Source: an uncultured Micavibrio sp.
GTDB taxonomy: Bacteria; Pseudomonadota; Alphaproteobacteria; Micavibrionales; UBA2020
NCBI GenBank assembly: GCA_964534445.1
Contig: CAZHOE010000001.1
Span: 38,493-102,492 of the forward strand
Length of the DNA stretch: 64,000 nucleotides
Reading direction: 5' to 3'
A program made the position numbers and the translations under genes. Positions 37,600 to 46,806 of the stretch are shown in pieces (position 1 is the first letter of the stretch; each line of letters starts with the position of its first letter). Below the pieces are notes generated by a model. The model did no database searches. It had not been told where the DNA came from and worked only from the letters and a program-made list of their open reading frames with translations.

Positions 37600-38445
37600 A
37601 TGAAAATATGTATCGTTTCTCCACATCTCGATGATGCGCTGCTGTCCTGCGGTATTCTGATGCAGCGCGAAAAAGCGCTGGCCAACGATATCCTTGTCTT
37701 GAATATCTTTACGGCAGGCACAAATGCGGCCAACCGGCGCGTGGAGGAACAGAACGCGATCGGTAAAGCGGGTGCGCAGCCGTTTTTTTTGGATGAGCTT
37801 GACGCGCCTGACCGCAACCCGATCTATTGGTCGAATGAGAAGCTTTTTTTCGGCGCGCTCGAAGACGTTCCTGAAGCCTATATTTCAAAAGTAGAAGACC
37901 GCCTGAACGCATTTTTTGCCGAACACCAGATCGACGTGGCGTATTTCCCCTTGGGCGCGGGCAACCATATCGACCATCGCATTACCTTTAAAGTGGGCAT
38001 GAGCATCAAGAATGTGCCCGTCAAGTTCTATGAGGACCGGCCCTATATCCTCTGGCCGGGTGTGCTGCAAGGGCGCATGCAGCAGATCGGCAGCGATGCC
38101 GCTCTGCCGGTTGTTACCGAGCAGATGATGCGCGACAGCCTTGGCTCCTACCATTACATGAAGCATTTCGTGCCCGAAGGGAAATATCAAGAAGCCTGTC
38201 TGCCGCTTTATTTTCAGGCTTTGAATCAGAAATCATCGAATATTTTGAAATCCGACAGTGAAACGCTTGTGGCAACGGAAAGCGAGCTCAGGCACCTTTA
38301 CGATTGCCTGTCGCTGTATGACAGTCAGATGAAGCTGATTTATGCCGATTATGATACCTTTGTCAAAGATAGTCTGCATTCGGAACACGCGCAGTCGGGG
38401 CGCGAGATTTATGCCGAACGGTCATGGACATTCAAACAGGTTTGA
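37600..38445 (+). CDS. PIG-L/LmbE-family N-deacetylase
   Basis: MKICIVSPHLDDALLSCG and GNHIDH motifs. Confidence 0.8.
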   Translation: MKICIVSPHLDDALLSCGILMQREKALANDILVLNIFTAGTNAANRRVEEQNAIGKAGAQPFFLDELDAPDRNPIYWSNEKLFFGALEDVPEAYISKVEDRLNAFFAEHQIDVAYFPLGAGNHIDHRITFKVGMSIKNVPVKFYEDRPYILWPGVLQGRMQQIGSDAALPVVTEQMMRDSLGSYHYMKHFVPEGKYQEACLPLYFQALNQKSSNILKSDSETLVATESELRHLYDCLSLYDSQMKLIYADYDTFVKDSLHSEHAQSGREIYAERSWTFKQV

Positions 38446-39988
38446 TTTTCTTTTTAAGGCTATCCACGGTCATCAAGACGACAGACTGTGCGGGTGCCAT
38501 ATGCTGTATTTCTTCGAACAATTGATAACAAATATCCGCATACGAAAATGCGGTTATGTTCTGGTGATGCAAAAGATATTCCACATAACGGATCGCGCGA
38601 TCGATCAGTTTTTTATTGCTGGGTTTGACCCATGTCATGATGTTGCTCTCGAAACGGCCGCAGCGCCCCATAATCAGCGTTGAATGCATATTGAGCGCTA
38701 TTTTGAGGAAAAGATGCTCGAAAAAAGGATGCAGGCCTTTTACATTCACGCGGTGAGTGCAATTGTTCAGCGTAAAAACAATATCATCTCCCTGCCGCTC
38801 GATCATGAAGCGGTAAAGTTTTTGCGGGGCGATAAGCGTTTCGCGCTGCTGCCGCGCTTGTGCCGAAAAATCGAACCCCATCAGTCTTTTGCGCCCGGCG
38901 ATGGCCTTCAATTCATCCCATTCAATCGTGAGCGGATCCCGCAGCAAAATCTCGTGCCAGGCCTCGGCAGCATCGGATGTCTGCGGCAAACAGAAATAGG
39001 ATAAAGAAGGTGTACGTGCGGGATTATTCTGGTTTTCAAAACCCAAGAGAGAGAAGGTCGGTGCGCGTTCCGTTGTATCTGTCAGTATCGTGATGCCGTA
39101 GTCATTCGTTTCATAAAGAACAAAATCCCCTGCGGTGTAAATTCTCGATTCTTCTTCGATGAAAGGGGCGAGGAAGGAAAAATCGGTTTTTTGCACGAAG
39201 TCGATCAGGTCCGTGATGGCCGGCGCGGCAATGCCGGTATCCGCTGCCCGTAACAGCGCGGCACCGGCACCGAGCATCAGCACCGTGCTGGCCTGCAAGC
39301 GCGTACTGCCGGAGAGTGCCATCGGCCCGACATAAAGACAGATTTTCTCGATGGCAGGGTTTTCAAGCACAAGGCGCGACCGTTCGACCTGTTCGTGCAG
39401 AACTTCATCGGGGTTGCAGTAAAGAAAGAAGGGCTTGCGGGATGATATACGCGTCGCTTCCTCTGTCGCACCAATCACAGAGGGCGTTTCTCCACCTTCT
39501 GTACAACTTACGAGGAGATCATGGCTGCCGAAACCGATTTCCCGCAGCTGTCTGGCACCAAATTCGGGGTGGTCTTCGAAATTTTCGATCGAGTGCACCA
39601 GCGCAAGATCTCCGCCGCTCATGAAACCCAAAACGTTATCGGCTTCGGGGCGGCCTCGGTGCAAATGGCGCCAGATATATTCGATGGCCATGGAAAGCCG
39701 GCCCGTCGCGCCGCAGCCATAGAAAAAAACACGGTTTCCGGTGCGCAGCGTGTCACGTATGGCCGCTTCCAGCCGCTCCAGCTCGGGAGCACGCGCGTCA
39801 ACGGCAGCAAGCACGCCGAGATCAATGTCCTTTAGAATATCGAGTGCGGCGGGAATGTCCCGTCTGGACAGATCAGCCAGCTCAAATGTCAGGGGATGCC
39901 GTTGCTCGGTCGGTAGGGTACCCAGTTGAAACTGATAGGCGACCTTCAGAAATTCTTCGGCTTTAAGCCGTGCCTCATTTTGCATCAT
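38432..39988 (-). CDS. MurQ/GCKR-family SIS protein (etherase-like core plus ~220-aa C-terminal extension)
   Basis: LPTEQRHP.., GCGATGRLS, GFMSGGDLALVHSIENFED, TEGGETPSV and GSTRLQAS are collinear with MurQ SIS signatures. At 518 aa it is much longer than a typical ~300-aa MurQ. Confidence 0.7.
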   Translation of the reverse strand: MMQNEARLKAEEFLKVAYQFQLGTLPTEQRHPLTFELADLSRRDIPAALDILKDIDLGVLAAVDARAPELERLEAAIRDTLRTGNRVFFYGCGATGRLSMAIEYIWRHLHRGRPEADNVLGFMSGGDLALVHSIENFEDHPEFGARQLREIGFGSHDLLVSCTEGGETPSVIGATEEATRISSRKPFFLYCNPDEVLHEQVERSRLVLENPAIEKICLYVGPMALSGSTRLQASTVLMLGAGAALLRAADTGIAAPAITDLIDFVQKTDFSFLAPFIEEESRIYTAGDFVLYETNDYGITILTDTTERAPTFSLLGFENQNNPARTPSLSYFCLPQTSDAAEAWHEILLRDPLTIEWDELKAIAGRKRLMGFDFSAQARQQRETLIAPQKLYRFMIERQGDDIVFTLNNCTHRVNVKGLHPFFEHLFLKIALNMHSTLIMGRCGRFESNIMTWVKPSNKKLIDRAIRYVEYLLHHQNITAFSYADICYQLFEEIQHMAPAQSVVLMTVDSLKKKIKPV

Positions 39989-40293
39989 TTAATAATGATC
40001 CTGCGCATGATCTTTTACAATTGCGCCACCCTTGACGCCGGTTTCAGTTCAATGCCAAGTATCATGTATTCAAGCGTGCGGCGCAATATGCATAATTTTC
40101 GCCTCCGGGAGATTTCTATGAATCATTTTTTCTAAAAAGCGTGAATTTTCATGCGTTCGGGCGTGCTGGGCTCCTGCTATCGAGCGCGGCTAATCAGGCG
40201 TGAACGGGTTCATTTTTGAATAGGGCAGCCGGAGCGGGATAGTTATCTATCTAGATCGAAATAAGTGAATACCACCGGCAAACTTTTTGTTTT

Positions 40294-40941
40294 CTAGCGC
40301 ACTTTTTTTCCTGCGGCCCAATGCGCCTTGAACTGTTGGCGGAAACACTCTGTAATCTCTGCGTTTTCGATTAAAACGACTTTTTGCGGCGGTCCCCACA
40401 GCAAAATGGCGTATTTATTCTCGTATATATAGAACGGCGTTCGGCTGAAAAATTCTTTTGGTACTTGGCGGTAGTGGCTTTCGGGTTCCAGCAAATTTGT
40501 ATCGCCCTCGCAAATCAACAGCTGCGTTTTAATGCCGTACTTAATTCTTTTTTTGATCTCGTTGACAATGCGCTCTCCGCCGATCTTCTGATATTGCGTT
40601 TCGGACACGCCTGAAACCATCAGTGTATGATCTGTGCCATTGAGCGTTTCAAATACATCCCGCAGCAAGCGCAAAAGACTATCGCTGCCTTCAAAGATTT
40701 GGGTTTTGAGGGCAGATCCCCTTAACTTAACGCCCGGCCCTTCTGTAAATTCTATCCCTGCTTCTGCCAGCGCGTTGTGTATAGCGCTTAATGTCTCTTT
40801 CGTCGGGTTAGAGACGCGGCGCTCTATCTTGTTGATCGACAGCTTGGAGACACCGGATGACTGAGCCAAATCCTCTTGTGTCCATTCCAAAAGCCCGCGG
40901 GCGGCTTTCATTTGCTCTACAGAAATCATGTTCTTCTCCAA
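40294..40941 (-). CDS. XRE-family HTH transcriptional regulator
   Basis: WTQEDLAQSSGVSKLSINKIERR at the N-terminus, plus a ~140-aa C-terminal domain. Confidence 0.8.
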   Translation of the reverse strand: MEKNMISVEQMKAARGLLEWTQEDLAQSSGVSKLSINKIERRVSNPTKETLSAIHNALAEAGIEFTEGPGVKLRGSALKTQIFEGSDSLLRLLRDVFETLNGTDHTLMVSGVSETQYQKIGGERIVNEIKKRIKYGIKTQLLICEGDTNLLEPESHYRQVPKEFFSRTPFYIYENKYAILLWGPPQKVVLIENAEITECFRQQFKAHWAAGKKVR

Positions 40942-41108
40942 TCTCTTGCGTCAGGCATCATAACGCGACAAAGAAATTATATATCATGAAAGGCATTCTC
41001 AGGGTGTATGTATAAAACATATTTAAGTATACAGTAAATATTGACTGGCGAGAAAGGGGGCTGGTATATTGGCGTATCCCATAAAGGGTATTTTGAAACA
41101 TATTCATA

Positions 41109-41420
41109 ATGGAGCGGAAAATGAAAAAACTATCAGAACTGGAGCGGCAATTTTTTATGGCGGCCCAAAAACCTGATCTGGACACTCTCAAGCTTTGTAT
41201 TCAAAAGGGCGTAGATGTCGGTGTGCAGGATGACCAAGGTTTAACAGCGCTAGACCACGCAAAATCTTTGTCAGACCCGCAGGATGTGATTGTCAAGCAA
41301 GGGGCGATAGGTACAAGAAATGCCGGTGGCACATACACTGTACTCTCCTCCAAACAATCCCAGCGTGAACAGGTTATTGCGGTGTTGGAAAAAGCACGCC
41401 GGCAGCCTAAAGGCCCATAA
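41109..41420 (+). CDS. small ankyrin-repeat protein
   Basis: LKLCIQKGVDVGVQDDQGLTALDHAKSL fits the ankyrin consensus. Confidence 0.65.
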   Translation: MERKMKKLSELERQFFMAAQKPDLDTLKLCIQKGVDVGVQDDQGLTALDHAKSLSDPQDVIVKQGAIGTRNAGGTYTVLSSKQSQREQVIAVLEKARRQPKGP

Positions 41421-41423
41421 ATT

Positions 41424-41457
41424 AAAAATAGCTTTCTTTTCAAAGAAAGCTATTTTT
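41424..41457. terminator. bidirectional hairpin terminator
   Basis: Perfect 16-bp stem AAAAATAGCTTTCTTT/AAAGAAAGCTATTTTT, with the A and T runs forming part of the arms. Confidence 0.7.
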
Positions 41458-41675
41458 AATTTATGGACGAAAATTTGTCAGGCGAACTTGATATTTTTTG
41501 AAGACTGACTATCGCGGCACAGGTCATGCCCCTTCGCCTCATCAAATGCGCTGTCGGTACGAAAAACTTTGCGGATTTTCGGGATCGGCAGCGGACGCAC
41601 CGCTGAAACACATATCGAGCACTTCCCGCAATAGGTCGGATACGCCACGATTTTTTCCCGTCCGCAGGCGGATTT

Positions 41676-43652
41676 TTATTTGTCCGGTTTATCTTTTGCG
41701 GCGAGTTTGGCGGGTTTGTATTTGCGCAAGGCTTCTTTTATTTTTGCGCCGACAAAAATCTGCGGGTTTGAGGCAGGGGTGATGTTTTGCGTTTTCTCGC
41801 GTCTTTCGATTTCCGCTTTTGCCAGCACAAAGGCCTCTTCAATATCCGTCGTTTCTTCCAGTCCCACCTTGAAATAAGACTCGGTGAAATAGGTCAGGTT
41901 ATATTCGTCTGAACAGCCAAAAGAGGTTCTGTCCTTGGCGGCCGCGGCGATGATCATCGTATTGTCGTCCTGCAAATGCGGAATGAACGTGCCGCTATGG
42001 CAGGCGGAAATGATGATGATCTTGTTCTTGATTCCGCTGTCGTCGAGGATTTTTTTTAAGCGCGCCGGCGAGATGCTCAGCTGGCTGAAGTCATGACCAA
42101 GGCCGACAGAAAGGCCTGCTTCGGGGTCTCCGTGGCTGGTCATGAAAATCAAGGCGATATCTTCGTCAGGTTGCATGTAATCGGCAGACAGTTTTTGCAA
42201 ATAGGCATTGAGGTTCGATGTATTGGCAAGTGCGGTGGTTTTGACGGTGTCTTCGTTACTGATCATTTGAATCACGTTGGTGATGCCCAGTTTTTCCTGC
42301 AACCGCTTGCCGACGTAATGCGCCTCCCGCATAAAAATATCCTGATAGCCATAGGGGGCAAGAGCGACGGCGTAAATATCCGTCGCGCCCTTCTTGGATG
42401 GTTTTATGCTCTGTAGCGCCTTTTCCCGCAAGTCAGCCTGCATCGAGAACATTTCTTCGTTTGTCATTTCGTCGAGGATCGAGGCTTGAGCATCATCGGG
42501 CTGGTATACGTAGTATATGGGGCTGAAGTGCACGGTATTGATAAAAGCATAGATCAAAATAGCGCCTGCGGCGCCCGCAACGGCAGGCTTCAACAGGGTC
42601 TGTATACCAAAGAGCGTCTTGCATAGGGACAGCATCGCCATAAACGTCCAGACGGTGAAGATGCCCTTTGTAAGGCTATAGCCATCGTGCGCGTAGAACG
42701 CATCCGGAAAAACAGTGCGGGCGATGGTATAGGGCACGAACAGGAAATAAAAACTGTTCAAAAACGTAACGGCGATGTCCAGTGCGCGATTGGTTTTGTA
42801 GATATGGCTGCTGATGATATAGGCCATCACGAATGTGACGGCGGAGAGGATCGTAATGTACAAATACCAGTAGTATGTGAGTTCTCCGCCCCATCCGTGC
42901 GTCCAAAGTTCGACCAGCCCCTGTGAGGCAAAGAAGGTAATGATAATCGCCACCAGCGCGTGGCTGGAGGCGATGACGCGTTTTTGCGACGGCACAAAAA
43001 CCGCTTGCCGCAAGCCGCAGAGCAAGTTGTGAAAGTACCACTTGCTGAAGGGGATTTGGGGTGTGGTGTCTGCAGCGGTATCCGCCTGCGCAATTTTTGT
43101 ATTCCCCCAAGGCGGCAGCGGGTTGGCCGCGATCCAGTATTCGAGCGCTTGCGTATAAAACTGCGTTGCAGCTGTCTCGTTCTCGAAAAATCGCTTGGGG
43201 ATCAAAAAGGCGGCTGAGGTATCTATATATAGCAAAATCGTATGCTTATCTTCTTCAACGCTGTGAATGGCAGACCATTTAAAGAAAGTTTTGTCTTTGT
43301 CGCAGGTCTGATGCAAGCCTTCCGCATTGATGAGAATGTCTCTGGGGCGGCGCAGTGATCCATTCTCGTCGTTGTATTCGATAGGTTTTATTTTTGTAAT
43401 TATTTTAAGAAAAAGAACGAGGGTGAAGACGAAAATCCAAGGCGTTGACAGGCCAAGTAGCACGGGCGGAAATTTACTATAAAAGTCTGTTTCGCCGATC
43501 AGGAAAAGGAGCGCTGCCATAAAGATTGTTGTCAGCACGGCAGCAAGGCTTTGTGCGGATGCTGTTTTGCTGCTTTGGCGCGAGATGAGAGGTTCCATCC
43601 CCTTCGTAATGTCTGCCTGACTCATTTCTATATGGACACGCAACTCTTCCAT
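41676..43652 (-). CDS. polytopic membrane protein with C-terminal peptidase C13 (legumain/caspase-like) domain
   Basis: His..Cys dyad context FMTSHGD and IIISACHSG. About 8 TM helices. N-terminal YcxB-like segment (FLIPKRFFENETAATQF). Confidence 0.75.
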   Translation of the reverse strand: MEELRVHIEMSQADITKGMEPLISRQSSKTASAQSLAAVLTTIFMAALLFLIGETDFYSKFPPVLLGLSTPWIFVFTLVLFLKIITKIKPIEYNDENGSLRRPRDILINAEGLHQTCDKDKTFFKWSAIHSVEEDKHTILLYIDTSAAFLIPKRFFENETAATQFYTQALEYWIAANPLPPWGNTKIAQADTAADTTPQIPFSKWYFHNLLCGLRQAVFVPSQKRVIASSHALVAIIITFFASQGLVELWTHGWGGELTYYWYLYITILSAVTFVMAYIISSHIYKTNRALDIAVTFLNSFYFLFVPYTIARTVFPDAFYAHDGYSLTKGIFTVWTFMAMLSLCKTLFGIQTLLKPAVAGAAGAILIYAFINTVHFSPIYYVYQPDDAQASILDEMTNEEMFSMQADLREKALQSIKPSKKGATDIYAVALAPYGYQDIFMREAHYVGKRLQEKLGITNVIQMISNEDTVKTTALANTSNLNAYLQKLSADYMQPDEDIALIFMTSHGDPEAGLSVGLGHDFSQLSISPARLKKILDDSGIKNKIIIISACHSGTFIPHLQDDNTMIIAAAAKDRTSFGCSDEYNLTYFTESYFKVGLEETTDIEEAFVLAKAEIERREKTQNITPASNPQIFVGAKIKEALRKYKPAKLAAKDKPDK

Positions 43653-43912
43653 GCCTTTTTCCCCTCTCGCGCAGAAATCGCCGCATTTTAGATTAGGGGC
43701 ATTTGTTTAAGAAAGGATTATTGGCGTGGATGTCCTTCTTTTGTTCTGGTGTCTTGACGACAGCGGGCGCAAATCTGCGGCCTTTATGAAACCATCAGGA
43801 AGATTGCGTATATCTGTCGATCTGGTCGGAAGCGAGGGGCAGATGTAATGCGGGATCAATCTGCGGATGCGCGAGGCTTCCAGCTTCGGGTTGTGCAGGG
43901 GATAGTGGCTTC

Positions 43913-44515
43913 TTAAGGACGGCGGACACGCGTTTCACGATACCAATGCGGATGTTCGTGCGCTTCGTCGTGATAGCCATGCTGCCTCATTTCCTCTTCA
44001 AACGCAGGGCTGCTGCGGCCCTGTGCTGGCGTGCCTTTATTTTGCCATTCCTCCACATCGTCTTGTGAAAGTTTGCGCGCTTTTTGACGATTGCGCGGCA
44101 GGTATTCTGCCGAACGCAGAAAAACGCCACCCTCCTCAACTTCCTCATGCAGGATATAATTGTCATCGCCGCCATCATATTGATATTGCGAGAGGTCTGG
44201 GGAAGAAAGCGGCTTGCCGGCGCGCTCCTCCGGTGGCGGCTCATCACGATACTCCGGCGGCTCGGACGGCGTGGGGGTATCTTCGCGCGGCGGATCTTCG
44301 CGGGGCGGCTCATTCTCGCGGCGCGGTTTACCGCCAGCGTGTTCAACCTTATGTCCGATATGTCGTGCGCCGATCTTTTCGCCAAGTTCAAGCTTAGGCG
44401 CGAAAGGCGTTGTGTCGCGTTCTTTTTCGCCGTCGTAGGCATCATACTTATCCTGCGCATGCATGCGCTTCGTGCTTGCCGCGCTCTTTTTCCGGTTTGA
44501 CGGTGTCTTGGGCAT
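43913..44515 (-). CDS. hypothetical charged, Pro/Glu-rich protein (200 aa)
   Basis: RBS GGAGG. Low-complexity PPREDPPREDTPTPSEPPEYRDEPPPEE. Preceded by an EcfG-type promoter. Confidence 0.6.
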   Translation of the reverse strand: MPKTPSNRKKSAASTKRMHAQDKYDAYDGEKERDTTPFAPKLELGEKIGARHIGHKVEHAGGKPRRENEPPREDPPREDTPTPSEPPEYRDEPPPEERAGKPLSSPDLSQYQYDGGDDNYILHEEVEEGGVFLRSAEYLPRNRQKARKLSQDDVEEWQNKGTPAQGRSSPAFEEEMRQHGYHDEAHEHPHWYRETRVRRP

Positions 44516-44551
44516 CTAAGCCTCCTGATTTCTTGTTGTTTCTAAAAAACC

Positions 44552-44576
44552 AACGGCGTTGAAAGGGGAATGTTCC
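44552..44576 (-). promoter_or_regulatory. EcfG-type general-stress promoter GGAAC-N16-CGTT
   Basis: Minus strand reads GGAAC(attcccctttcaacgc)CGTT. The -10 element lies ~37 nt upstream of the ATG at 44515. Confidence 0.55.
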
Positions 44577-44790
44577 GGCCGCTGTTTAAACGTGGGTATA
44601 AAACTGCGAAACTTTATTCAGTATTGATATGTTGGCGACAGGTCAATCGAAGCGAATTTCAGAATATTTCAAATGATGGGGGGATAAAATGTGGCCCGTA
44701 TCTTTATTAACGGTTGATATTCACAGGGAATTCAGACGTCTGCACAGCATGGAGCTAACCTCCTGCCGTTTAATCAAAAGTTTTATTGAT

Positions 44791-44827
44791 AAAGGAGAGG
44801 CGTTTTAATGCCTCTCCTTTTTTTTTT
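44791..44827. terminator. hairpin terminator, 11-bp stem flanked by A-run and T-run
   Basis: AAAGGAGAGGC/GCCTCTCCTTT stem followed by T7. Abuts the stop of the 44826-45329 gene. Confidence 0.6.
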
Positions 44828-45329
44828 AGCGGATATCGCGGGTATTCGTCGTGGAAATATTCAGTTCCGACAACGTATTGGTATCCAGTCTGCCGGTAAC
44901 CGACAGATTGCGTTCTTGCTGGAATTCGCGCACTGCGCTTGCCGTTTCGGGACCCCAGACACCGTCAACCGAAATGGAATGACCGGCATCACGCAAACGA
45001 CGCTGTACCAGTTGCAGCTGGCCGGCGCTCAGATTGTTCCTTTGTTGGTGAGCGGTTGATCCCCAGCGGATATTGCTGTTGGTATTATCGACGCGATCCG
45101 CCCGATATGGGCGCTGATCGGTATTATACTGCGCGCCTTGATGGTGGTAATCTCGGCTTCGGATTTGGTTTCTGTTGTTTTGGTTCATCTCGTCCGCAGG
45201 GGTTCGGTATTCCAGTTGCTGGTCATTGCTTCTGGAATAGGAATTGTAATCCGCCTGCGCGGCGGCGGAAGAAAGGCACAATGCTGCTGCGGTGGCGGAT
45301 GTCATCATAAATGTTTTAATGTTTTTCAT
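44826..45329 (-). CDS. secreted protein with peptidoglycan-binding (PG_binding_1) domain
   Basis: Signal peptide. C-terminal LVQRRLRDAGHSISVDGVWGPETASAVREFQQERNLSVTGRLDTNT. Confidence 0.8.
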   Translation of the reverse strand: MKNIKTFMMTSATAAALCLSSAAAQADYNSYSRSNDQQLEYRTPADEMNQNNRNQIRSRDYHHQGAQYNTDQRPYRADRVDNTNSNIRWGSTAHQQRNNLSAGQLQLVQRRLRDAGHSISVDGVWGPETASAVREFQQERNLSVTGRLDTNTLSELNISTTNTRDIR

Positions 45330-45375
45330 TTTATGCTCCTTTTATTTTTTGCATGTAATTTGCGTGTAATTAGCG

Positions 45376-45400
45376 AACAAATTGTTTTTGCAATGGTTCC
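45376..45400 (-). promoter_or_regulatory. near-consensus EcfG-type promoter GGAAC-N16-TGTT
   Basis: Minus strand reads GGAAC(cattgcaaaaacaatt)TGTT, about 47 nt upstream of the ATG at 45329. Confidence 0.3.
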
Positions 45401-45583
45401 TTGCGGAAAAACGCGGGAAAACTACTTGGAATAGGAAAGAGGCTTGTCCGGGACTTTTCCGGTGGCATAGGGGGGGGCAACAAATTCGTTTCCGGCCGTG
45501 GCAAGAAGGATAACCGCAGCGCCAGCCGCAAGGGCGGCAAGAAAAGCCATTAAAGTGCTGTCGGGTGGTAGGGGATTTTGCGG

Positions 45584-45904
45584 CTATGCTTTGTGCCGCA
45601 TCCTTTCGGATAAGTCTTTTGCCGCTTTTTCAAAGCAATCCCAATCGACGGCGGGCCATACTTCCGTATGCGCATCACCGTAAAAACGCACGAGTGCGGA
45701 CAGCTTGATCGCCGTCATCATGTTCGGCGCCTGCACGACATCCATATAATCCCACGGACCCAGCAGGGCGTAATTCGACACCCATTTCACTTCCGGAATC
45801 ATTTCCTGTACTTTTATCACAACAGATTGTTCTTTCCGGGAGACAGAAAAAGAGGTATCGCTTTCCTCCCTGTTCAGGCGCGTCAAAAGAATAAAGCTTT
45901 GCAT
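45584..45904 (-). CDS. GYD-domain protein
   Basis: SNYALLGPWDYMDVVQAPNMMTAIKLSALVRFYGDAHTEVWPAV. Confidence 0.8.
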   Translation of the reverse strand: MQSFILLTRLNREESDTSFSVSRKEQSVVIKVQEMIPEVKWVSNYALLGPWDYMDVVQAPNMMTAIKLSALVRFYGDAHTEVWPAVDWDCFEKAAKDLSERMRHKA

Positions 45905-46074
45905 CTTTTTCTCCCGTTTTTTGGCGATTGATTGCCTTCCGGCGCCTTGTTTGTCTGTCTCATAAGGGCTAATCCCCCGTGGCTTCGAAGGTTCCCTGTA
46001 CGGTATTGCCGCGCGGCTGTACGGCAGGGAACTTTACCTGCAGCACATCGGTTTGTTTTGACAAGGAGAAAATC

Positions 46075-46641
46075 ATGACGCAAACAGGCACGGATACGGT
46101 CATTGTGCGCGAGGCTGTCGGTGTGTTTAAGGATCCGGAAGCTCTGCAGGCCGCGCTTGACGCGCTTGAACTCCACGGGTTTCGCCGCGAAGAAATCAGC
46201 GTTCTGGCACCGCATTCCAAGGTCAAGGAAAAGCTGAAGACGGATAATCCGGATCTTCTCAACATCATGGATAATCCCGACACGCCGCGCGCCGTTTTTA
46301 TTCCGAAGGAAATCATGGGAGAGATCATAGGATCACTCGTCGGGTTGCCATTGTATCTTGGCACCATCATCGGCGGCCTGATCGCGATTATAGAGCGTGC
46401 GGGATGGGCCTACATTTTTCTGGGCATCGCGCTGGGCGGCGCGATCGGGGCGATGTTGGGCGGTATGGTCACAATCATCACCACAAAATGGTGGAATAGC
46501 CATCTGCGCAGGCAAATCCGTAACGGTGGTCTGGTGCTGTGGGTGAATATCCGCAGCCCGGATCAGGAATCCAAAGCCTGGCATGTTCTATCGGATAACA
46601 AAGCCCGCTATCTGCATGTACACGACATTCCTGCGGGATGA
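46075..46641 (+). CDS. hypothetical membrane protein with Gly-zipper helices
   Basis: The ATG follows AAGGAG. N-terminal soluble domain REAVGVFKDPEALQAALDALELHGF, then GGAIGAMLGGM helices. Confidence 0.65.
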   Translation: MTQTGTDTVIVREAVGVFKDPEALQAALDALELHGFRREEISVLAPHSKVKEKLKTDNPDLLNIMDNPDTPRAVFIPKEIMGEIIGSLVGLPLYLGTIIGGLIAIIERAGWAYIFLGIALGGAIGAMLGGMVTIITTKWWNSHLRRQIRNGGLVLWVNIRSPDQESKAWHVLSDNKARYLHVHDIPAG

Positions 46642-46806
46642 CGATGCCGCCGCATGCTGCGCGGCATCTCGCTCTTTCATCAAGGCTTTGAGGAGAACAA
46701 AGTCTCTCTTGAAACGTGAATATCTGGCCGGACAGCAGCTGCGCGCGTGCAAAATTAGCCACTTAAAAACCGCACTGGATAAAAACAAAACGGATAGAAC
46801 CGGCGG

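Noticed and set aside
45422-45550. A 42-codon minus-strand ORF (MAFLAALAAGAAVILLATAGNEF..) downstream of the GYD gene, possibly a small membrane protein.
   Set aside because: No Shine-Dalgarno sequence and no recognisable family. It cannot be told apart from a chance ORF in GC-rich DNA.
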